Positions 1 to 13,010 of a stretch of DNA of 64,000 bases are shown one piece after another. Below the pieces are notes generated by a model. That model was not told where the DNA came from and made no database searches. It worked only from the letters and a program-made list of their open reading frames with translations. How positions within the stretch are numbered: position 1 is the first letter of the stretch; each line of letters opens with the position of its first letter. The translations under genes were made by a program, and so were the position numbers. The DNA is from Lama guanicoe (Eukaryota), in contig MU056050.1 of the NCBI GenBank assembly GCA_013239625.1, positions 3,520,084-3,584,083 of the forward strand, given 5' to 3'.

Positions 1-164
1 TTCAGCAATAACTCTCCTTCCTTCTCTGCAACTCAACATGTCAATCATCTTTACTAAGTTAGGACTTTGACCAGAAAGACTCAACCAAATTCCCCAAACA
101 ACTAACACCACCATAGAAGCACATGAGCATCACATCTGAGAAGTAAAGTGATGAATATCTATGC

Positions 165-252
165 AGGCAAGAACTGTCTTACTCGTAGGACCTATCGTAG
201 ACCTGGCACATAATAGGTACTCACAAATATTTCAGGAATGAATGAGTGAAAT
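165..252 (+). mobile_element. L2 LINE 3' end fragment
   Basis: 'cctggcacataataggtactcacaaatatttcaggaatgaatgagtgaa' resembles the L2 3' terminus with its GAAT-type tail. Confidence 0.7.
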
Positions 253-2879
253 GAAGATATGTCCAAGGTCTTCTTTCCCATTTTCCATTTTGCCCTAACT
301 ATTCATTTAAGCCCCATCTCCCACAGAAAATCTGGGCCTGATTTCTTCTTTGAAACTACAAGCATTTCACTGCAGCCAGAACATGTGGTTTCCCCTATGG
401 ACTTCATAGCCATGGGACTGACTTGTACTAGAGCATGGAGTATTCTTCTTTTCAATTACGTTCTGCATTAGTCCTCATTGTTTAAATATGATGATTGATA
501 CATCACTACAAATACTGGAAATCATTAAAGCTGTAACCAGATTTCCTCACAAAAATTTCAAATAAATCTAACTGATGTCTCCAATTTCTACAATTTACCA
601 ACAATTAAAATGCACCTGAAAATTACAACTTGGCCTTAAGCTCTACAATTGTTATAGATTCTTAGTTTTGTAAAATGTAACCCTTTATTTATTTAGCAAA
701 GCTACATTATGTGCAACATTAATATTAATAAAACAAGTCATCTCATTTATCTTTATTAACAAGACTGTCACTTCATAAATTTTCAACTAACACTCAGTGA
801 CTTTTTATATTTGAATGCAAAAAAGACAAATTAAAATTCTTCATCCATTTCACTTCCACTGAGGGAAATCAAGCAGAAAACACTAAGAACAAATGTCCTC
901 TTGGAGCTGAGAACTCGAGTCTGGTTTGATTAAGATTGGGTTCACCAGCATAGGATAAAGTTAAATATTTACAACTTTCTTTACAGCTTTCTAACATTCT
1001 TAATCATGAAAACCATATTGATTCAGGACACTATGATAGCAAAACTAACTAGAACACTGTCCCTTTTCAGAAAGAGATTTTATACCTTTTAATTGGCACA
1101 AATGATCAGCAAAATTTAGTAGGTAACATATATGAATTTTATGCAAACATGAGGTCAATATGTCAACAAAGAGGTATAAAGATCAATTCAAAAAAATATT
1201 TCTGAGGTAGAACCAATCATAATTAGGGGCCAACTAGATAGGGAATGAGAGAGTTAATGGTAAATAGACAAGGGTAGAGTTAACTGACAGTTCTTTTCAT
1301 ATTAATAAGGAAAACCTATTCACATTTTATGTTAGTGTAACACATATTTAATGAGGCATTAAAAAAAAGTTAAAGGGTTCATGATTAGCAAGCCAGACCT
1401 TTCTCATCCATGCTTTGTTTTTGCCTCCCAATTACCCTAAACATGCCATAATTGAATTTGGTTGATTTCTAACCATTTCTTCGATATATTAAAGTCACTT
1501 TTGAATTCTAAGCCCATCTACCAAGAATCTAACCATAGCCCCTAATAGTTTCCACTAGCTTCTCTCAGGCCAATCTTTCCCCCTTCACCTAAACACAGAT
1601 TCATCAAATTTCTTCAAGATTTTCTTGTTTCAAATAGGCTGAAAGAAAAAAATTTATATATAAAATCTACACCATATACAGTAAATATTTATTAATATAT
1701 ATAACAACATATATATATATGTATATTACACAATACATATACAGACAGAGAGAGCATTTCATTTCAAGCTTCAGTTTTTCTGATTTTACTCCTATAAGCT
1801 TCCACAACTCTAATCACAGGCACACATGCTTCATGGGAGTTTAAAGATTCTTTTCATGTTTGATCCAACATTACTTTCTAGTTATAAAAATTAGTTGAGC
1901 CATAATAGACTCTCTGTTTAAATCTATAACACTCTAATGTTATACTTAGACTTTAAAATATACTTTTTCACTCCCACTAATTCTGTTCTTCAACCTCAGT
2001 GAAACCTCCAATCACATCCTAGTCTATCAGCCTCTTACTACCTCTGACTTAGTACTTCTGACTACCCTTACATGCCTACCTGATCCTCATCAGTGATCAC
2101 AGGTCCGTTATTCCCCTAACCTGCTACCACATCGAACCTGCCAACTCACAACCCTGCATCCATCCCTTCCTCGCTGTTTTTTTTTTTAACTCTTCCTGCT
2201 CAAAGGCAACTGAAAGCAAGAGAAAACCCACATGTTCTTGCTGATTGGTTCCACTGCAGAGCTATATATATATTTTATAACAACCATTGGTTCTTAAAAA
2301 TCTAGCATTGATGCTTTTCCTAAGCCCTACTCACTCTCTTGGTCATGAAAGATGTTTTCCCTTATTCTTATAGAAACCAAGTTATCAGATCCGAACGCTT
2401 AACTTCTCTTATCTATACCTTCAAAATATATTTTCGTATATTCTTACTCCTTTCTCTTCTGCATTAAAGAAGTCATGTCCTCCTAATTTTCTAAGAATCT
2501 TCTTCCCTCATTGGCGCTTTTAATTCCATCTGCCCTTCATGATCTTTTTTGAAAATTTGCCCTATCAATTATGTTCCTTCTCAAAATTCTATCTCTAACT
2601 GTGTGCGTCTGTCTATCTATCTACCTATCTGTCTGTCTGTTTATCTATCTGCCTATCTTTCTTTCTCTTGATCATTCTCTTGCTTTCTTGTTCTAGCATT
2701 CAATCTTTCTCAGTCTCTCTCAGGCTCTCAATTTCTCTCTCAGTCTGTTTCCCTTTCTTAATTTCTCTCTTCTCATTTCTTCTGTTCCTTCTCATTCTCT
2801 TCTCTCAGTTCCTCAACAGCACTATATCCTCGTTCTCCTCTAGTCTAAGCACCACATCTCTAGCTCAACTACTCAGTGC

Positions 2880-4152
2880 CTCTGTCTGCTTCTTTTTCTC
2901 TTCCAGCTTCTTAAAACCTGTCTTTCCCCTGAATTATGTCCTCTTTCCTGTTCTCTCAATTCTGTATGCTCTCACTGAGCAGTTTCACCCAGGTTATGGT
3001 TTTAATTACCCCATATATGCTGATCACTCTCAAATCTAAGTCTCTAGCTCTGAATTCTCTCCTGAACTCCAGTTCCATGGATCTGAATGTTCTGAATGCC
3101 CAGTGTTCTACAGTAATCTTATAACAAACACATCCAACATCACCTTTCTCAATCAAACCTGCTCCTGCTCCTCCTCCTATATTCCCCTAGGTGGTAGCTG
3201 AAGCCTTTGGGTCATTCTTCTCTATTGCTCCTTAGGCCCGCATATGTAATTAGTTACTAAATTGTGTCTATCATATTTACAAAATATTTCTTCCTTTCCA
3301 TTTACACTGCCTATGAACTAATTCAGACACTCGTTGTTTCTCCCCTCGATAATTGTAGTGAACTCCTAACTGACTCTTTTACATCCCATATCCTTTCCTT
3401 CTAATCTACCTTCAATATTGCTACCAAAATTCTCTCTATAAAATGAAAAGCAGATCATGTCAGACTCCTGCTTAAAACCCTTCCAATGGCTCTCTTTGCC
3501 TACAGAATAAAGTCCAAATTCATTAATTGGCATTCAAGGTTCTGTCTTTCTAGTATTATATACTTTAAATTGTCCCAATGCAACTTACACTCCAGCCACA
3601 CTTGAACATATGATACACGTACCAAACACGTCAGATACTTCCATGCCTTAGCTCATTTTAGCTCATGCTCTTCCATCAGCTTGGACTGGAACCCCGCCTT
3701 CACTCCTCAACATACACTCTTACTTCTTTAACTGGTAAACTCCCATCCATTTTTCAAGTTCGCCAAATGTGTGACAGGGAAGTAAGGAAGGAAGGGCAAA
3801 AAACCCTCTCCCCTCTCCCCCTTGCCCTGGGACTTGAACCTATGACCTCCTGCCTGCTAGCCTTGCTCTCTACCCCTGACCTACAGCCTCACTCTAGCTA
3901 CCTTAGTTTCAAATCTTACCTTCTCCCTTTGTAGCCCACTCTGTGTCTCCATTAACAAAATTAACCCCCTCTGTTTGCCATGGCACATTGCACATATCTA
4001 TATTATAACCATTGTTCCATGAGACCATAGTTATTTGTGTCCTCTTCTCTTCCACTAGACTGCTAGCTCCTGAGGACAGGAATGACATCTCATCCTTATG
4101 CATCTCCAGTGCCTAGAACAGAGTGTGCTACGTATTTAGTTCTCAATGAATC
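2880..4152 (+). mobile_element. Fragmented L2 LINE (RT remnant to 3' end)
   Basis: CT-rich body; the ORF track ends GFNYPIYADHSQI, a decayed YADD RT motif (~3016); L2 3' end 'catctccagtgcctagaacagagtgtgctacgtatttagttctcaatgaat' at ~4100-4150. Confidence 0.75.
3823..3892 (-). repeat. Degenerate tRNA-Ala-like / tRNA-derived SINE head
   Basis: Minus strand GGCTGTAGGTCAGGGGTAGAGAGCAAGGCTAGCAGGCAGGAGGTCATAGGTTCAAGTCCCAG: A-box-like, TAGCA anticodon-like loop, B-box GGTTCAAGTCC. Confidence 0.5.
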
Positions 4153-4270
4153 CGTAAGTAGTAATTAAATAATATATTTAATTATTAAAGAAAACAACTT
4201 CCATGCAACAAAGGATAAATTCTAATACAGCTCAAGCACCATGGAATTGAGCATATTTAAGATATTGTAC
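4110..4270 (+). repeat. Copy A of a ~161-bp local direct duplication (copy B at 7146-7311)
   Basis: Manual alignment: ~14 substitutions plus one 5-bp indel. Confidence 0.92.
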
Positions 4271-6131
4271 TGAAATGCTATATAAAGCATTATCTGTCTC
4301 CACCTGGGGATCATTGAAGAAAGTAAATGGAGAAGAAAACAGGATCATTTTTTACTTCTAATGTAATGATACCCTGATAAAAGGGAAAAAAAAGTACCTT
4401 CCATATGTGAGGCACTAAATTAGGATGGAAGTGTGCAATGAGGGAATATAAAATACAATCTAACCACAACTTACATCTTTTAGGTCCCTTAGGGCCTACC
4501 TCCTCTAGGGTCCAACACAGGCAACATTCTTATTTTTTAGCCTAATCAAACCATTATTTCAGCAACAAACACGTGTTTGTAAAATGTATAATAAGGATCA
4601 TCACTAGCTAAACATTTCTATCATGAAATGGAAGGAAGGAAGAGAGGGAAGGCAATAAGGAAAAGTCCAAAATGGTGGTTAGCTGTGAAAAGGAACTTTT
4701 CACAGATCACACAGGCAGACTGTGTTTACATGAAACCAGAATGAATAATCTGAGTTATTGTTTGGTTTTCATTTCTATCTCCCCCTCTCAACTGTTCTAA
4801 ATAGATCTACATGAGTTGTAAAAATTAAGCCCTAGTCAAAACTCACAGCATATTATAGTTGAAAAATACTAAAATAAATAATAGTTTATATTATTCTAGC
4901 AAATTTTCTATAGTGGTGACTGAACCCTGCTGAGTCTACATTCCTTTCACATGGTCTCTGTTGTGAGACAGCTGGCCTGGGTTAGAGGTCACAGACTGGC
5001 AAGAAGACAGAGTGAAAATAAGTGGCTCATTTGGGGGAATTCTGGCTGATTTGCCTCAAAGCAACCAGTAACATAACTATTAAACATACGTGTGGCTGTT
5101 CTACCACATCTCCTAGTGAATGCTTCATCCAAAATAAAGTCTAATCTCATTTTTCTCTAACTATATCTAAAGATAATAATTAAATTAAAAGCAAGCAACA
5201 CATTAAAAGTATGCTTTGTATTCATAAAAATATGGATAAACAAGCTGCACAAAGCATCACAATACATTTTAACCAGACATAATTTCTGGCAAAATTTGAG
5301 CAAGGAGAAAACTTCTGTGTGATGAAAGTCTTTCTAAGAAAAATTGTTTCAGTGAGATCGTGATTCAGTGTTTGACATTTCCTATTGTTTTCTATTAAAA
5401 GGCTTTTAGCAGTTCTCAGCAGAAAGTCAAACCAGTTCATGCACCAATATTTATTACTTAAATGGCACAGTGAGGTTTATACAAAATCAAAGTTATCTTT
5501 AAATAGGAAATCTGTCTGTATAAAATTCCTGTGAATGTGAGGGGGAAAAAAATCAAAATTCTAGTGGGCCGACTAGTCTTGAAAATGTATGATGCATCTC
5601 AAGCTTATAGCAGCAGTTATGTTGAAAGGGTAAACTTAACAAATAAATCATCAGAACATGATATCATAAAAAGCAATGCTGGCTAAAAATCCTTAGTAGA
5701 AAAGAAATCCCCCAAAACATTTAAATAAAATGTCTTTAATCTTTCCAGCAAAGTTACAAAGCAATGAAAGTATTTATCCAAAATAGTTTAGCATCACTGC
5801 TTTAAAAATAATGGCAAGTCAGCATAACACACAAATCAGAGACCACGCAGAAAATGACACAGATGATTTGTGGTATAATATAGATTATTGCTTTGTAAGA
5901 TAAAATGCTTGAAAATGGGGCTTGGGTGAGGATATTATAAATTACTTGGATAATCATGTCACAGTCATAGAAAAGAGATGAGGCTATTTTTAACTCTTCA
6001 AATATAGGAAGAGTCATGAGGATGGTACAAACAGATAATATAATAGGCATTAATTGAAAATTGTATATATGGTTTATACTGCAAAGTGATCATATCTTTT
6101 TAATTCAAGGCCAGGCCCAAGATACTCTAAC

Positions 6132-6369
6132 CCAGCAAGTATCAGCTGGGGGTAATTTTGTCTCCACCCCACCTCCACCCTGGTGACATGTGACAATGTC
6201 TGGAGACGTTTTTGATTGTCACAGTTGGTGGGGGATATGCTACTGACATGTAGTGGCTAGAGGCCAGGGACGCTGCTAGACATCCTACAACATACAGGAA
6301 GGACAACTTCCTCACAACAAAGAATTTCCAACCCCAAATTATCAACAGTGCCTCTGGGGAGAAACCCTG
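6132..6369 (+). mobile_element. MER20 (hAT-Charlie) DNA transposon
   Basis: 'gggggtaattttg...gacaatgtctggagacgtttttgattgtcac...gaggccagggacgctgctagacatcctacaa...gagaaaccctg' matches the MER20 consensus. Confidence 0.88.
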
Positions 6370-6447
6370 GCCCAAGTGACTATACTGAGACCTCATAGTA
6401 ACCTTAGCTAACATCAACTGAAATTTGTCAGAAAGCTTATCATCTTA

Positions 6448-6790
6448 TGACTGGATAAAGAAGATATGGTGTATATATATATATATATACACACACATAT
6501 ATAAATATATATATAATGGAATACTGCTCAGCCATAAAAAAGGATAAAATAATGCCATTTGCAGCAACATAAATGGGACTGGAGATCGTCATTCTAAGTG
6601 AAGTAAGTCAGAAAGAGAAAGAAAAATACCATATGATATCACTTATAAGTGGAATCTTTAAAAAAAAAAAAAGGACATAAATTAACTTATCTATAAAACA
6701 GAAAGTGACTCACAGACATAGAGAACAAACTTACGGTTACCAGGGAGTAAAGGAGGTGGGAAGGGATAAACCGGGAATTCAAAATTTGCA
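6448..6790 (+). mobile_element. Lineage-specific L1: ORF2 C-terminal end plus proximal 3'UTR
   Basis: 'gactggataaagaag...aatggaatactgctcagccataaaaa...attctaagtgaagtaagtcagaaagagaaagaaaaataccatatg', homologous to the L1 at 27206-27390. Confidence 0.9.
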
Positions 6791-6940
6791 CCTCTTGGGG
6801 AGTGATAGAAATGTTAGCTATCTTGACTTTGGTGGTGGTTTCATAGGTGTATACATCTATCAAAATTCATCAAATTGCACATCTGAAATATGTGTAGTTT
6901 ACTGTACAGGAATCATACCACAATAAAGTGTTAAAAATAA
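6791..6940 (+). mobile_element. Older L1M (L1MC/MD-like) 3' terminus with poly(A) signal
   Basis: 'gatagaaatgttagctatcttgac...ggtgtatacatctatcaaaattcatcaaattgcaca...caataaagtgttaaaaataa'. Confidence 0.8.
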
Positions 6941-7145
6941 AGAAAGTATATCATCTTAGATCTCATGTCCAGGTACTATACAGACATATTAAAAGATATT
7001 TTCCCCTGTAAATTGATGTTACTTTCAATTTATGTGTTTTCCTAGAAGCATTATTATAATGAAGCTACTCTGTAAATTCATCAATAGGTCAGTATACTCC
7101 ATGGAAGGCAGTGAAGAGAAAGAAGTAGTGTGCTGTGCAGAGGAA

Positions 7146-7311
7146 TGCCTAGAACAGGGTATGTTAAATATTTAGTTCTCAATGAATCTGTCAGTAGTAA
7201 ATAAATTAAATAATATATTTAATTATTAAGGAAAACAACTTCTATGCAACAAAGGATAAATTTTAATACACCTCAAGTGCCATGGAATTGAGCCTATTTA
7301 AGATATTGTAC
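7146..7311 (+). repeat. Copy B of the local duplication (copy A at 4110-4270)
   Basis: ~91% identical to copy A by eye. Confidence 0.92.
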
Positions 7312-7367
7312 CATACATGTGTGTGAAGGTGAGTGGATTTAAGAAGGTAAAAGATGACTTGATCAAC

Positions 7368-9130
7368 TGAAGGGGAGCAGAATATACCACCCCCAAAATA
7401 TGCCTCTTTGACATAAGGATTATCGTAGGCTGATTATTTTTAAGAAATAGCAAACAGAGGCACTTCAAGAAGGGAAACACCACCAAAAATAAACAAATGG
7501 AACTACATCAAACTGAAAGTTTTTTGCACAGTAAAGGAAACTACCAACAAAATGAAAAGGCAGCCTACTGAATGGGAGAAAATATTTGCAAGTGATACAT
7601 CTGATAAAATATATAATATATATATTAAAATATATATATAATATATAGAGAGAGAAAGTTGATGAAAAATTAGTCAATTGGTAAAAATATATAAAGAACT
7701 CATACAAATCAACATGAACAAAACAAACAATCCAATTGAAAAAATGGGCAGAGGACATGAATAGATAATTTTCCAAAGAAGACATACTGATGGCCAGGAG
7801 ACCCATGAAAAGATGTTCAACATCACTAATCATCAGGGAAGCACAAACCAAAACCAAAATGAGATATCACCGCACACCTGTCAGAATGGCTATCATCAAA
7901 ATGACAACAAATAACAAGTGTTGGTGAAGATGTAGAGAAAAGGGACCCTTGTGCACTGTTACTGGGATTGTAGTTGGTGAAGCCACTATGGAAAACAGTA
8001 TGGAGTTCCTCAAAAAATTAAAAATAGAACTATCATATGATCCAGTAATTCCACTCTTGGGTATTTTTCCAAAGAAAACTAAAACACTAATTTGAAAAGA
8101 TATATGTACGCTTATGTTCACTGCAGCATTATTTACAATAGACAAGATATGGAAGCAACCCAAGTGTCCATTGATTGATGAAGAATATGTGATTCACACA
8201 CAACACACACACATATACAATGGATACTACTCAGCCACAAAAAAGAATGAAACCTTGCCATTTGTAACAACATGGATGGACCTAGGGGGTATTGTGCTAA
8301 GTGAAGTCAGATAGAGAAAGACAAATATCATATGATTTCACTTATATGTGAAAACTAAACAAACAAACAAACAAACAAAACAGAAACGGACTCAAAGATA
8401 CAGAGAACAAAAAGGTGGTTGCCAGAGGGGAGAAGGTTGGGGGGATAAGTGAAATAGGTGAAGGAGATTAAGGGGTACAAACTTCCAGATACAGAAAGAT
8501 AAGTCATGGCGATGTGATGGACAGCACAGAGAACATAGTCAATAATATTGTAATAATACTGTATGGTGACAGATGGTAACTAGACTTATTGTGGTGATCA
8601 TTTCGCAACATATAAAAATATTTAATTATTATGTTGTACATCTGAAACCAAAATAATATTGTAAATCAAACATATTTCAATTTTAAATAAATAAATAAAT
8701 GAAATAGCAGACAAAGGTAAAGCTTAAAAACCTAGTAGAGATTACTCCTTTTGTAAGAGACTTTTACAAAGGCCCTCTCTGTACAAGGAGGAGAAGGATG
8801 ACTCTAAATCTCTAGAAACTCATCAATGGAGAAGGCAAGACAAGGACTTAAATCTGCATAACAACTTTACTCTTGTTTACTGTGCTTTTCCTGGTTACCT
8901 CCCATAACTGCCCCCTCAGTCTTCCTTTGTTTAGCTTGAGATGGTATTAAGGTTGCTGGCTTGCGCCATTTCAGGGAGTTAGTTTTCCTGGGTATCCGCC
9001 ATGCATACAGGAGGTATATATGTTCCTATACTTCTGTTTGTTCTTCTCCTGTTAACATGTCTTTTATTAAGGGGGTTATCAGCCAAGAACCTAGAAAGGT
9101 AGAGGGAAAATTATTTTTTCCTCCCCTACA
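7368..9130 (+). mobile_element. MER34-family (ERV1) solo LTR split by an L1 (LTR parts 7368-7460 and 8701-9130)
   Basis: Starts TGAAGGGGAGCAGAATATACCACCCCCAAAATATGCCTCTTTG and ends TTTTTTCCTCCCCTACA (TG...CA), typical of MER34/MER34A. Confidence 0.85.
7461..8700 (+). mobile_element. 5'-truncated, decayed L1 (ORF2 3' part, 3'UTR, (TAAA)n tail)
   Basis: ORF track MFTAALFTIDKIWKQPKCP; TSD gaaatagcaaacagagg (7444-7460) / gaaatagcagacaaagg (8701-8717). Confidence 0.93.
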
Positions 9131-11681
9131 AAATTCAGATGTGGTTGAAGAGAAAAAAAAATCACACACATATGGAATACTACTTAACTGTAATGAAAGG
9201 AGAGGACATGAATTATAGAAAAATGATGATTTTTGTTCATTTGGTCAAAAACAAAACATGCAATTTGATTCTCTTTTCATGGTATTCAGAGAAAGCTTTC
9301 CAGAATGATATAGGAGCCATCATCCCATAAGAAAGTTTCTAAGCTACAGCTATATAGTTCAAGGAATACAGAGAACCAGACTTGCCTGAATAGTTTGTGC
9401 AAACTATGATACCATGAAGAAGGAAGTTTGCGAAGACCAAGATTACTGCCACCCAAAAATACCTTCTGGATTCAAGATGTGTTATACGGTCAAGAGGCTG
9501 GTAGACGCTGTTGAGAGGGACAATATGTTCAGCCTAATCCAAAGTACACTCATTGTAAAAGCTGCTTGAGAAAAGGGAAAAGAGAGAATAGAGAATCATG
9601 TCAGTGATAATGCAAAAAATGGAGGTGTGTCTTAAAATCCCAAAGAAACAATTCCTTCCTGAGCAAACCAAGTGTCTAACAAAAAGGCAAATCATAAGGC
9701 TAGAGTCTCCCAACTGCTGTTCCCTCAGTGGAGGAAATGTCTTAGTAATTCAGTTGCTGCTTAAAGGAGAAAGGAATCTGTCAGGATCCCAAGAAAAGCT
9801 TGAAGGAAACTCTTTTGTTTCCCCCAAGAAAGAGCTAAATCAAGGAAATCTGGTGCTTAAGGAGGACTGCCACCAAGTGTTCTCTTTTAACACAGAGAAG
9901 GTAAGACAAGTTCTCCCCCTCCCTCGGAGTTTCTACTGTTAGAATGCCCTTGGGGTATACGACTGGGGGATAGGGGTTCTATTCAAACATAATTTCCAGA
10001 ATCACATACTGCATTAATTATAGGCCTTTCTACATTAGTTCAATCCTTTAAGAAAAAGGTGTTTGCCTCTTTTAGATGTAAACTGAATTACTCTCCTGAG
10101 TTAAAAAAAAAAAAGCCTGACTTAAATTCCTCAGGTGAGACTACTAAAAGAGAAGTTATTTCTTTTTTTTTTCCTGTTTCTTGAAAGGTAATTAGAGAAA
10201 ATTTACTAATCAGCAAAAAAGAGAGTGTTATAATGCCAAGCATACTTGAGTATAATAATCGCATCTAACATTCTGAAGCTTTCATTTTCACAAAGCACTT
10301 CCTCACTGGAGTCCTCTTATACCAACTATATCTATATAAAGCTGGGATTTTCAGATTAAGCTATCCTTTGACCCTTAGTTTCTACCCTACTTTGCTTCTG
10401 TGATTCTGCTAAGTCAAATTGGGTGTTAAATATAAGGCACAAATTCACAGACAGCATTTCAGCATGAAAGTGCTTCAAAAGGGAACACTTGGAAACGATT
10501 TGAATGTAGTGCCTGAGCAGAGATGAATAATGCACACTCACGTCTTCCAGCCACGACACAAATCTTTTACACAAGACATCTGTCTCCGCACTTAATAGAT
10601 CGGTTGATTGTCATTTTCACTGCATGTATGTTGTATTGACTACTGTTGAGCGGTATTTCTTCCATAAGCTAAAGCTGCATTTTAATCCTCATGTCGTTTC
10701 CTTAAACATTAGTATGCTTAAGACACTGTGTGATAAAATATAACACCATTTTCAAAGAACAGCGGGATGTTTTTACTGCTTCATACATAACTCAACTCAA
10801 TTGCAAACATGGAATTAATAAAAAGAAAATACAATCAATTAGTTAAATGTTACCTGATTCACTACCAAACTAGATTTACTATAGGCCAAAGTAATTATCA
10901 AATCCCAGCTATGCCAGCGTTTGGAGCCAATCTACACTAAAAAGAAAGGGCACTGGCATTACATTTCTTAAATTTACATATTTAAATTGGAGTCATAACC
11001 CTGGGGTATGGGATAAAACTCTGAAGTCATCGAAGTTATGACATAGACTAAGAGATGGAAACTAGTTTGAACATTTTCTGTTTGGAAGTTTCTGAGAAGC
11101 AATTAGGAGTAAGCTAGATCACAAAGTAGGAAATTACCGCAAGAGTTATAATCCAGAGACATTACTGAGCTTTCAGACTTGGAAACGATCTTGAAAATTC
11201 TATAGAGGTCTCTCGCTCTGTTTACTCAACACATTTTCACCTTTCTCCTCTTTATATTATAATGAAAAGGAAAAGTAGACCCATCTGAAGTAGTAGTTGT
11301 CCCCATTTCTTAAGAGTTAAGGGCAGGAAGGAGACCACACAGAACAGAGAACACAGCAAACTAGTAAAATTATGTAGATCACAAACACCTTGAGGTCAGA
11401 GCCTGTGTATTTTTGACACTTTTGCATTTTAGGCAAAACACAAACACAATGGGCCATTAGTTAAGAAACCCTCCTAGTAAGGGCTTTTGTGAGATTATAT
11501 TCGTTGTAACCATCCACAGCTCTCTGATTACTCTAAAACGCTTAGCAAAAGTTTCTATTTGAATGCCTGAAAAGAGAATCTAAATGTTCAGCTTTCTACC
11601 AGCTCTCCTGCTGATAACTTGGCATGAAACAAATACTTGGGTCAGGCACTGGCCTATCCTCACAAGGCATATAGTCAAGTC

Positions 11682-11852
11682 CAGCAATTCTCAGTTTTGG
11701 TTGCACATTAGAATTATCTGGAGGACTTAAAAATACCAATGCCTGGGCCCCACTCCAGACCAATTAAATCAGAACTGGTGAAATTAGATACTGGGTGTCA
11801 TTATTTTTAAAAAGTCTCCCTAGCTGATCCTAATATGCAGGCAAAGTTGAGC
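11682..11852. mobile_element. MER5A1/MER5B-like hAT-Charlie MITE
   Basis: 'ttgcacattagaattatctggagga...gcctgggccccactccagaccaattaaatcagaa...gctgatcctaatatgcaggcaaagttgag'. Confidence 0.8.
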
Positions 11853-12908
11853 TAGTCATACGTGTATACATAGGCTGTTTGCCATATATTAGAGGCTCTG
11901 GGACAATGTTCTGCTTCTGTTTAAGTAGCCTGTTATAGCAATCACCCTATATGAAATACAGTTTGAAAATACAAATATCAGCACCGGGTCACAGTCCAAG
12001 TACTCAGCACAAGGCTGCACGCAGATAGACATTTACACATTACATATACTTTTCTACCCATGGACTGATACCATGTTTTTGTTGCTGTTATAGATTTTGG
12101 AGCACTTTACACCATGCACATGTAATAAAAGTTGATGATGATTGGTTTCTCTGGGAGCAATTTCCAAGAATGGCTGACCTCCCAGCAAGTCTATTTGGTG
12201 TGAACAAACTAACATGCCATGATTTCCAAATAATTTTGCGTTATGAATTCAACACTGATGGCCATGTTTGGAATGCATTTCTAAAGTGAAAGGAGTCCAA
12301 AACCAAGGTATAAAAATACAATCATATGTTATTCAGAGCTTAATTAGATTACAATTCACAAAAGAAAACCTAGAAATGCCTAAATATGTTCCCCAGAACA
12401 CTTCAATTAAAAATATAACTAAGCAATAATCTCACTAAATCAGGGGAAAAGGGTAATCATTTGAACAAATTCACTAGTTGATAAAAAGTAAAAGAGCAGA
12501 ATACTCAATATGCTTCAGTATTACTAAAACTCATCTTTTAAACTGAATATATATAGCATATAACAAACCAATGTGAAGAAACTGAACTTTCTAAACTATA
12601 CATCTCTACACCAACAATAAAGACATCAAATTTATGAAAGGGAAGGAATATTTTTTGGATGTATTCTTACCTACAACCTGACATAGAAAATAAATTTTTT
12701 TTTAATCACAGAAAATACCACACTGAATCAATTATGGTCCTTGGCAGTCAAGATGGTCTTTGTAGAGGTATCAAGGAGCATTTTGGAGTAGGGATGAAGG
12801 GTTGTGATTCTCTACATGATGTCATCAACCAGTAAAATCTAGGGTTGTACCTGAGCATAGTCCTTTATGGCAAATTCTCAAAGCAATTTTTTAGGAATTT
12901 AGACTAAC

Positions 12909-13010
12909 CAGCAGCTCTCAACATTAGATCACATTTTAATCACTCCTGGGGGCTCATAAAGTACCACTTTTGGGTTCCACTTCTAGAGATTCTGATTTAA
13001 CAGGTTCCCA
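12909..13010. mobile_element. MER5-like fragment
   Basis: 'cagcagctctcaac...aatcactcctggggg...gggttccacttctagagattctgatttaa'. Confidence 0.55.

Noticed and set aside
2600..3039. Hydrophobic 123-aa ORF resembling a membrane protein
   Set aside because: Translation of a polypyrimidine low-complexity tract plus an L2 remnant
9360..9942. 114-aa ORF with a plus-strand donor at 9900, a possible exon or pseudogene
   Set aside because: No recognisable homology, acceptor or retrocopy hallmarks; may be a decayed ancient repeat
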